The position numbers and the translations under genes were made by a program. The notes beneath the pieces are model-generated. The model saw only the letters and a program-made list of their open reading frames with translations, was not told the DNA's origin and ran no database searches. 64,000 nt of DNA from Eledone cirrhosa (lineage: Eukaryota), in NCBI GenBank assembly GCA_964016885.1, contig OZ024742.1, positions 76,508,001 through 76,572,000 on the forward strand. Reading direction: 5' to 3'. Positions 53,316 to 64,000 of the stretch are shown one piece after another. The stretch's first letter is position 1, and each line of letters opens with the position of its first letter.

Positions 53316-53353
<38 letters not shown>

Positions 53354-53362
53354 CGTGTGTGC

Positions 53363-53460
<98 letters not shown>

Positions 53461-53961
53461 ATGTAAATATATACATAGAGTAAAGCGATCAAAAGTTTAC
53501 TCTAAAATGGGAGAAATTAGCTAAAACCCAAAGCTTTTCCAGGAGCCAAAATTTCTGCAGATTATGTAATCTTGAGATTTATTACATAATCACACACAAG
53601 AAGAAATTGCTGAATAACAGAATTGAACGAACATTATTCTGCCGTCACAGAACTAAAACCCTTTTTTCCCACTACAAGCTGAATATTACATAAAAGAGGG
53701 ACATCCGCCCAACTATATAGACCTCATTCTAGTTAGAAAAATATAAAAACAATCTCTTTTCAACATATATTAATAACCTTAAATTACAACACTAATAATG
53801 GAAAGATATGCTGATGAAAATAGGTGCAAATATGCGATAATGAATGTGTCTAAAAACGTCCATAAGTATGTATATATATGTGAAAATGTATATAAATAAG
53901 TAAATATATATATATGTTTGATGTGTATAGTAGGATGTAAGTGTATTCATGTATTAAAGTG

Positions 53962-53998
<37 letters not shown>

Positions 53999-54299
53999 AT
54001 ATATATGTGTGTGTATAGATGTGTATGTATATGTATATGTGTACACATAGACTAGAGTATGTATGTATATATGTGTGTGTCTATGCGTGTGTATATAAAG
54101 ATAAGTTGAGTATGAAAATGTATACACATGAACGCGTATGTATGTACATGAATACATGTGTGTATATATATATGTATGCATGTGTATACGTATGTAAGTA
54201 TGAATATGTGAATGTGAGTATATGTATTTTGTAGAGGTGTACAAATATATCTGTGTGTGAATGCGTGGGTGAAAGGATACGTACACTTGAAAGAAAAAT

Positions 54300-54826
54300 T
54301 TAAGTCTGAATGTTAATTAAGTGCAAACACAAAACCAGCCACGCATATCTTTACTATCTCTAATCCTTCTATAAATTTAGAAAAATAACCAATAATATAT
54401 TCTATAAAAATGTCAAAACAACAGATGGGAATCTAATTACTCACTGCCACCAAAAATTCTCACTGCTATCAACAAACCACTCCCTCAACTATTCTTCTAA
54501 CAACTTCACCCCTCCCTCCTAATATTCTCTATAAAAACCAAATAGGTCCTCAATAATATTATTCTGATGAAATGACAGTAAATAATAACATTGAAATATT
54601 GAATGTCTGCATAACTAAAAGTTTGTAGATAGCAGCTGTTTTCAGGTTATGTAACTGTTATAGAAACACGTGTCAATAAATTCCTTTCAACTAAACTGTA
54701 TCCATTCAAATCTTTCTATTTTTCTCCGGATTACTTTTGGAACTACAACTGGAACCGTCGAGCAAACCCTACGTGAGCTGTCAATCTACTGTGTGTAATA
54801 TTTATATTACAATACAACAGAAAATA

Positions 54827-54830
<4 letters not shown>
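54300..54830 (+). mobile_element. Probable decayed PLE pLTR remnant
   Basis: GAAAC-ACGT-GTC minimal-HHR 3' half at 54663-54674 with stem TAGCAG/CTGTTA and a degenerate 5' core. Ends in (TA)n. Confidence 0.4.
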
Positions 54831-54907
<77 letters not shown>

Positions 54908-55074
54908 CGAAACATAAGTCGATTGCATGAACTCATAATCCTTTATTTACTGCTATATATATTTTGATGTTAGCCATTGAATGGCTATGACCTCATCAGG
55001 CAGTTAGTCAGTTCTTAGATATGCCAGCTCTTCGTTTATAGTATTGATGGTAACAGAGCCTTGGGACATATGTG

Positions 55075-55198
<124 letters not shown>

Positions 55199-55582
55199 GA
55201 GAGAGAGAGTCACACACACACACACACACGCACGCACACACAAACATACGCACACACACACACACACACACATATAACTTGCATATATGTGTGTGCGTGT
55301 ATACATAAAAGACAACGGAAATGAATTACTGTTTCCTGATAAAAAGGGAAATATATGTATTCACCAATTGAAAACCAAATTAAATAATAGTGAAGCAATT
55401 TGTTTAGTCTGGAATTTTAATTATTTTCAGTGATTGTACGTCTTATAATTCGATACACCTAAGCCCACGCAAAGACACTCTGACACACACACACACATAA
55501 GCACACACATACACACACATACACACACACACATACACACACTCACACACATGTATGTATATATTTATATATACACATAAAT

Positions 55583-55634
<52 letters not shown>

Positions 55635-56596
55635 ATGTATGTCTGTATGCATGTATATATACGAGTGACTTTGTCAATATATATGCAGGTAAACATAATA
55701 ACCAAAATAACAAAGCAAATGGCACACTACCTGGAAGAAATATATTAGTTTAACATTTGAAAGAGCAACAACAGAGTCTTAACGTTTCGGACATTATCCC
55801 TTAACCAGAAGATAGATTTTGAAATAGAAGATAAATAGAAAGTAAAGACGGTTTGATGGACGGAACGGGAAAAAAGAGAAATAAATCGGGGGAAAAGAAC
55901 ACACGTGCGTATTCAGTCGGCCCTCTTGGTATATATATATATATAATCGGTGTTGGATGCTTAAAGCGTCCGTATGCGGTAGGCCGTATGAGCACTCGAT
56001 GCCCTCGTAGGGCAGAGTATGATATCACACAAAAAAGAGAATCAGTGTTGCGACGAAAGGAATTTATTGGACACATTACAATTGTTTCTCAGGCGACCAG
56101 CTCGAGGCACGATCGATATGGTGACCAAACCTGACCCTAAAATTGCGCAGTCCTAGGATACGTCTCGATTATACGAAGCAGATTTTCCTATTATCCTTTA
56201 ACATCGAATTCCTTCGTTTGTTGGTTTAGATCCTGTTGTTGTCATTCCATGAGTGGTCAAGAACTGTACACATCACCGGTATTTCTAGCCACTCATGGTT
56301 GCCTACTGCTTGATAATTCTCGTTCTCCACCTGTCAATCAAAATTTCTCATGTATCAGAATTACTAATGTAGTGGGAGAGGGGCTGTAACCTTCAACGGC
56401 TGGTATCACCTCGACGTCTTCATTGTCCCTAGGTGCCTTAGTCAACATCGGTTAGGTACACACCCGCAATTATGCTGTATGCGGCATTCATTGTAAAGAA
56501 TGTTTGGCGGGAATTTGAAAAAAAACAAATCATAGGGATATTTAGCGTAACATTTGTAGGACACAGCCTTAGAATACCCTCCACCATACATATTTC

Positions 56597-56666
56597 AAAA
56601 AGAAAAAGAAAAAGAAAAAGAAAAAGAAAAAGAAAAAGAAAAAGAAAAAGAAAAAGAAAAAGAAAA
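56597..56666. repeat. (AAAAGA)n hexanucleotide repeat
   Basis: Direct reading. Confidence 0.97.
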
Positions 56667-57254
56667 ACCTGTATTAAGAACGTTTTTAAATGAAAGCTTT
56701 CAACAGTCTTTCAAACAGAAAGGATATATCAGTGGTGTTTTCAACAAACACCCAAGTCTACACTCACACACTGGACTCAAGGAAGCGCGCATAGCCAAGA
56801 CACCGCACATATATATAGACAGATAGAAAAGAAAAATCCATAAATAGTCATCCGTACCACCACGCAGACATGCTCAGACAAATACATCGATCCAGACAAA
56901 TACACCCGTGCTCAAGCATGTTTGTGTGGACAGACATACATACATGCACCCGCGTGCTGCCACACCGGAGGCATATACTTGATGAGTACCCCCTCATCCG
57001 TATACACACGCGCGGCTGCGCAGATGGTGCACACAGTATTGTATGAGACAACGCTTTTGAGGCTTTGGCCAGCCCGATCACGTGGCGCTATGTGTCCGAA
57101 GATGCCTGCACAATATGCCTAAATTTTAAGGCAGCATAATATCCCATCACTAATCGCATATAGCGTGGGTGGCACATGCATACACAAACACGTACACACA
57201 CACAGGCACACACACACACACACACACACACGCATATATACACACACACACATG

Positions 57255-57303
<49 letters not shown>

Positions 57304-57492
57304 GAATTAGAAGCCTTCACCGTACTCTGTCTACTGGAATGAATCTACTAACAGGGCACATGACGGGCAAAAGCGGGCATTAACGGGCCTGGGAATCGAT
57401 ATTTTTCCGTATGTTGCTTCATTTGCTTTGTTATACTATTTTCTATTGTGAATACTCCAATAGCCACTGGATTCTAAATAAACTCGTAATTG

Positions 57493-58060
<568 letters not shown>

Positions 58061-58180
58061 GTGTGCGTGTGTGTGTAGTAAAGAGGTTCATTGTTGTGAT
58101 AATGGTCAGTAGGGATGTGTGTGTGATTTGCAGTCATGTTGAAAGGTCAACATTTCAGGTGCCTATTAAGACAAATATGA

Positions 58181-58211
<31 letters not shown>

Positions 58212-58217
58212 TGTGTG

Positions 58218-58250
<33 letters not shown>

Positions 58251-58448
58251 AGCACAGTAATTCGTAGTAGAAGGCTCGGTCAGTAGGAATGTGTCTGTAC
58301 GTGTGTGGGGGATATTTTAACATGTTGAAAGATATTTTTCAGCTCTTGTCTCATACGGAGAAGTGTGTGTGTGTGTGTGTGTGTCTGTGTGTCTGTGTAT
58401 GTCTCTCTGTATGTTAGTGTACGCGTGTGTATGTGATGTGTGTGTGTG

Positions 58449-58479
<31 letters not shown>

Positions 58480-58667
58480 ATGTGTGTATGTGTGTGTGTG
58501 CATGTGTGTGTGTGTGTGGGTGGACCTGTATTTTTGTGATACTGGTAAAAATGGTGTACATTAATCGATATTTTCAGCAAAAACGATTCTCTCAAGAGAA
58601 CATCAAAAACATTAATAATAAAAGGGGTGAAATGATATATAGTATTGTCATAACAAGGTGTATGTGA

Positions 58668-58701
<34 letters not shown>

Positions 58702-58709
58702 TGTGTGTG

Positions 58710-59470
58710 TCAAAGGTATATATTGAGTTAGGAACTCAAAATAGTCTCTTACAACAAAATAGCTCTAAGAAAGAGATATTTCCGAGCCGTATATTATAAT
58801 AGAATATAAAAGAAAAATGAACACAGATATATACATATATGTGTTAAAATCGTAAGAGACCGGATTCGCTAAGGTGAAAAGAATACTAACTATAGACAAT
58901 TGGGTTTGCTTGCCTCAATTTAAGAAAAAAGCAAGAAAATAAATAGAAACTGGAATTGTGGTAACTACAAATCACCCAGACAACTTGGTGTTGTTTCGCA
59001 ATGTTAATTGTGAATGGAATTACCAAGTCAAGCCCTTCAGTGGGTGATGAATTAGTATCCTAGAAACTTTTAATATATTAAGAAACTGAATAGTGTGCTA
59101 TATATAATAGCGCACATGGTATCTTAGTGTGTCTCAGAAACTTACACCACCTGGCTGCTACTTTTAGTGGTTTAATATACCATGTGCGCTATTATATATA
59201 GCACGCTATTCAGTTTCTTAATATATTAAAAGTTTCTAGGATACTAATACATCACCCACTGATGGGCTTGACTTGGTCATTCTATTCACAATTAACATTG
59301 CGAAACAACACCAAGTTGTCTGGGTGATTTGTAGTTACCACAATTCCAGTTTCTATTTATTTTCTTGATTTTTTCTTAAATTGAGACAACCAAACCCAAT
59401 TGCCTATAGTTAGTTTTCTTTTCACCCTAGCGGATCCGGTCTCTTACGATTTTAACACATATATGTTATT
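58710..59470. mobile_element. Non-coding foldback element: arms ~58832-59121 and ~59177-59466, longer tail on the left
   Basis: ~290-bp inverted repeat with several mismatches and an HHR-like motif in each arm. Confidence 0.85.
59251..59328 (+). ncRNA. HHR-fold motif with CTGA(T/A)GG core (mirror ~58970-59048, minus)
   Basis: ATCACCCA-CTGATGG-GC...GC-GAAA-CAAC-ACCAA-GTTG-TC-TGGGTGAT. Stems I and III are perfect and stem II is weak. Confidence 0.65.
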
Positions 59471-59624
59471 ATAATATTATATATATGTATATATACACAC
59501 ACCCTGCTATATCAAGCGTTAATCTAATATATATCTTCCATATACTGTACCGATTGTGTTGTTATTTCTGTTTACCTTTTACACATATATATGTACGTAT
59601 ACATAAGTATATATATATTACCTG

Positions 59625-60352
59625 CTCTCTTTCTTCACCCAGTTTTTTTTATCCCAATAACTTATTTTAGATATTGTATCACGTTAGCCAAGGGTATCTG
59701 GTCTTTAATGCGAAGAAATACCTATGATGGCTAGTAGACCACTAATGATGGATAGTCCTGGCTTCTATTTCTAATTCTTCATTTTATTTATATATCACAT
59801 GCAACAACACAGCAGGCCATTTTTCATTCCTATATGCTTTCCCCTTCGACCTGTCTTTTTCTCCCCTTACTGCTATCCTCTTTCTCCTTCCCGTTTCTCT
59901 CTCCTCCTTCTTACTTTCATTCACACCCTCTGCTAGTCACCCTCTCTCGGCTAGCCTCTTCCTCACATTTTCACTCACTCTCTCTCTGCTACTCACCCTC
60001 TCTCTCACTTCCTCCATTGTCCAACACCGTACGAAATTCTTTCCTCGCTCACTTTCGCACAGTTTAGCTGTGTCTTGGTGTTCACGTCAATAATCGCAAG
60101 TTCCTATGTTCAAATGAATCATAGACTTGATTTTCTAATTTTTTCCTCTCTTTACGTTGCCTCACCATTCGTGTTTGTTTACTTCTCTCTCTTTCTCCAC
60201 CCAATTCCTTTTATCCCAATAACTTATTCTAGTTATAGTATCGCGCTAGCCTGAGGTATCTGGTCTTTAATGCGAAGAAATACCTATGATGGTTAGTAGA
60301 CGACTGATGATGGATAGTCCTGGCTTCTATTTCTAATTCTTCATTTTATTTA
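59625..60352 (+). repeat. Partial tandem: ~165-bp direct repeats with 562-bp period
   Basis: 59625-59790 vs 60187-60352 (ATCCCAATAACTTATT...GGCTTCTATTTCTAATTCTTCATTTTATT), ending in (TA)n. Confidence 0.8.
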
Positions 60353-60385
60353 TATATATATATACACACACACATACACACACAT

Positions 60386-60528
<143 letters not shown>

Positions 60529-60723
60529 CATATATATATATATATACATACAACGCACTAGATTACTCAATACTTAGGGTAGTAGAGTGGGTAATAGGAA
60601 AATATCGTCGGGTGTTAACATTTTCCTATATATATATATATATATATAGGAAAATGTGACCAGCGACGCCGAATGGACGCCCAACATACTGGTCGGTCAA
60701 GGTGATCAATGTGATATATATAT

Positions 60724-60837
60724 ATAGGAAAGTGTTAACACCCGACGACATTTTCCTATTACCCACTCTACTACCCTAAGTATTGAGTAATCTAGTGCGT
60801 TATGGTTCATCTGGTTCCTTACCACACTTCCTTTGTT
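60724..60837 (+). mobile_element. Minimal ~113-bp foldback/tail element related to the GC-rich PLE family
   Basis: TAGGAAAGTGT..ACATTTTCCTA followed by the family tail TTACCCACTCTACTACC...CTTCCTTTGTT. Confidence 0.75.
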
Positions 60838-60855
60838 ATATATATATATATATAT

Positions 60856-61753
60856 CACATTGGTCACCTTGACCGACCAGTCTGTTGGGCGTCCATTCGG
60901 CGCCGCTGGTCACAGCACGCCGTCCATTCCTCTCTGAAGCAAGGAGATACGATCTCTCCAAAGCTTTTCACCGCGTGTCTGGAGCAGATCATCAGAGGCA
61001 TTGACTGGCAAGGTTGTGTCAACATCAACGGCGAGATACTTACCCACCTCCATTTCGCTGATGACATCGTACACATCGCTGAAACCACGGATCAGCTTCA
61101 CACCATGCTGACGGAGCTCGACACCAAAAGCTCTGCAGTAGGCCTCAAGATGAACCGCATGAAAACGAAGTTCATGCGGTCCGACAACGTACCAACAGGT
61201 CGAATGATGGTTGGCGGTGATGAAATAGAGGAGGTGGAGGAATACGTCTACCTGGGACAAGAACTAAACTTGCGCCGAGACATTGAGACGGAGATCTCGC
61301 GGACAGTAAGGGCCGGATGGAAGGCGTTCAACGGCATAAGGGATGTGCTAAAGGGGAGTTTGAACAAAACCACCCGCGCCAACCTCTTCAATAGCACCGT
61401 TTTACCTCCAATATTATATGGTAGTGAAACGTGGGATACAACGAAGAGAGAAGAGCAGAGGCTGGTAACGGCTCAAAGAGTCATAGAGAGATCAATGCTA
61501 GGAATCTGGTTGAGAGAGCACATAAGGAGCGAAGACATCACACAGAAGTCCGACGGGATGGACGTCAACACGGAATATATGCGCAGCAAGTTCAGATGGG
61601 CTGGACACGTCGCCCGGTTCACCGATAATCGGTGGACCCGCGCAAGCGGAAACCACCACTCGGAAGGCCTCCACAAGGGTGGATTTAAGATTTGAAGAAT
61701 ACGATTGGGACTACATGGATGAGGAAAGCACGATACGATCCACAGAGAGGAAT
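60856..61753 (-). mobile_element. RTE-clade LINE insertion with 5' inversion (RT body on + at 60934-61753, 3' end on - at 60856-60933)
   Basis: QGDTISPKLF, HFADD, YVYLGQ, YGSETW and FRWAGHVAR on +. The body ends GAGAGGAAT and the minus segment starts GAGAGGAAT. Confidence 0.85.
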
Positions 61754-61772
61754 ATATATATATATATATATA

Positions 61773-64000
61773 TATTGTTATGCTTTGGGAGGGTCATGTT
61801 GACAATAGGAAACACACGCACCAGTTGCTTTCACTCCAATTTATTATAAATTAAATTTATAAATTTAAGAATTTATAAATTTCCCGTTGGTCGGTTGGTT
61901 CCATAACCGGACTGTTGTTCATATATTGTCAAAGTTCTTTCGTCACACATTCTGTGACCCCTTCAGTGACTGGGGATTCTTTTCTTTGTTTTGAGCCTCT
62001 CCTTTGTTCTGTCCTACGCAATCTTGTTTTTGTGTGTGTTGTGTGCTTAGTTTGCGCATGTTTTACATCCAGGTGTATGTGTGTGTTTTTATTTGTTTAT
62101 TTATTTGTTTATTTACATGTTACTGGCTGGTGGTTTGTTCTATATGTGTGTGTGTTTTGATTTTGTCCTTAATTGTAAGTTGTGATGTTGCTATTCCATT
62201 CATGTTTTCTATCTAATTTTGGTTAGAGTTCATTTATGTTTATTGCCTCTGTGATTTGTCTAAACATTGTGTATTTTCTGTGTGTAGATTCTATTTTTAT
62301 TTCTATGTTCTCTAATTTGTCCTTATGTTCTATTTTAGCATGTTGGTGGAGTATTGATGATTCTGTTTTACCTAGAAGTTCTCGCCAGTGTTCATTTAAC
62401 CGTTCTCCTATAATACGAGCTGTCTCACCTATGTACACTATATTCTTATACTTACATTATCCTTCAGTACATCTTATGCTATATACTACATTTCTAGTTT
62501 TACAGTTAATATGGGGGCTTAGTTTACAGATTATGCATTTCTTATCTATACAGGGAGGTCTTTGAAAAGGGTATGTATTGCTAATAATTGTTTTTATGGA
62601 GGTACCTGGTCTTTCTACTATCTTAATACTAAGTTTATGTTTATCTAAGGCCCTTCTAAATTCGTAAGCTACTCTAGCGGTTGTATTGATGAACATTACA
62701 CTCTGGTATTTATTGCTATCATACCACGTTTCTCATCACCCGTACCAAATCCGCAATCAGTATGTTGATTTTGGTGTGATCCGAAACAGCTGAATTTCGG
62801 TGGATCAGATATTTGGAAGTCATGGGTTTGGCATAATGAGAACGGAGGATTTGTTTTTTTTATAATTAATGGTTTCTAACCAGAGCTCTGCGTCTATTAC
62901 AGGTAATCGATGGTTGAGGTGTTTGCTTGGGTAGTCTATAGTAACACTAATACTCTGATGGATGGAGTTAGCTATTTGCTGGATGCTTTCCATTGTGTTT
63001 TTTTCTAATTCCTGACTGTCCTCTAGTGGGGGTGTTTGTACTACCATGTTTATATCATCAACGTAGCGGAAGTACATTATCAGGATTAAGAGGTTGCTGT
63101 CTTCTAATTGTTCTTTAAGTTTAAGTTTAAGTTAATTGTCCCACCATACCATGAATAGATTACCTATGTCACCTGTAATCCTAACACCAATGGCTGCTCA
63201 CTCCTCATGGGCATATGTTTTTCCATTAAATTTGAACATATGTTCCTTAAGGGTTAGTATTATACTGACCCCCACGTCATGTGCAATCATTTTCTTTAGT
63301 TCATCGTGGTTTTCGGTGGTCCGTATGGCTCTGGTCCACCCGTTCCATCTTTCTGTGTGGGTTTTCTTGGCCATTGAGGTAATGGTAGGTTGTCTGCCTC
63401 TTGCTGGTCTTGTAGGGCACAGGTTGCTAAGGTCATATGTATCTAGATAATCATTACTATAGGTAAGTTTAAGTAGGAGTCCCAGCTCACTGGTATCAAT
63501 CCCACGGAATTCAACATTGATCTCACTGATCATTTCTACGCATTTCTCCACAGCAAAATCCACGTCAATGGATGGATAGAGGGACAAAACATCCATACTA
63601 CCTATTATACAGTTTGTTAGGTCCCTAGATCGGTTATTTTCGCTGATTCTGCTGAGGAGGTCCTCCGTGCTGTCACATATATCTGGGGACATTTCAATGA
63701 TGGGGCGTATGATCAGGGAGAGGAAGTTGAAAAGTCTGTAGTTACTAGCAATGTTAGCTCCACAGACTGGCCGTATTGGCCCATACAACGCTGGCACGTC
63801 ATTTTTCCAGGCATGGAAGTTGTTGGCAGTCCATTTATTGTGCTGCATTATGTTTGTCCATATCATCATATGAGCATTGAGGGTTTTCTCCCTATCCTCA
63901 TTCTCTTGTGGTGTTACTTCTCTTGTGTTCGTGATATGGAGTTGCATTACCTGGATGTAATTTGACAGACTGTCAACCGACATTCTGCCAGACTTGTCTG
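61773..64000 (-). mobile_element. Hydra-like PLE copy (pLTR, GIY-YIG, RT), running off the window
   Basis: GSMDVLSLYPSID, YFRYVDD, YIGETAR. pLTR homologous to 6114-6550, same short terminus ATATTGTTAT. Confidence 0.9.

Larger units (their letters stand above)
48626..53316. mobile_element. Young GC-rich Nematis-like PLE inserted as a 4.6-kb palindrome (centre 50930)
   Basis: Arms 48626-50929 and 50931-53237 are near-identical reverse complements. ~80-nt tail on the right only, (TA)n flanks. Confidence 0.95.

Overview
AT-rich animal genomic DNA made almost entirely of retrotransposons and microsatellites. The SINE family and (TA)n/(TG)n density resemble octopod cephalopods (inference). No confident host gene is present. 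The window holds Penelope-like elements (PLEs) of several families (Nematis-like AT-rich and GC-rich, Neptune-like, and a Hydra-like family), an L1/Tx1-like LINE and a nearly intact R4/Dong-like LINE placed head-to-head in one (TAA)n tract, RTE-like fragments, a Helitron fragment and seven tRNA-derived SINE copies. The main signal is a hammerhead ribozyme (HHR) and foldback system. About 20 type-I HHR motifs, intact or degenerate, lie in PLE termini, including family-level core variants (U3-A8, U4A, A9G). Nine or more head-to-head foldback insertions in (TA)n range from ~110 bp to a 4.6-kb palindrome with a 1-nt spacer, and each family shows a fixed short terminus and a fixed tailed terminus. 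A non-coding ~425-bp HHR unit with terminal redundancy is a retrozyme/circRNA candidate. All folds and alignments were done by eye, and boundaries are approximate to a few nt (more for decayed elements).
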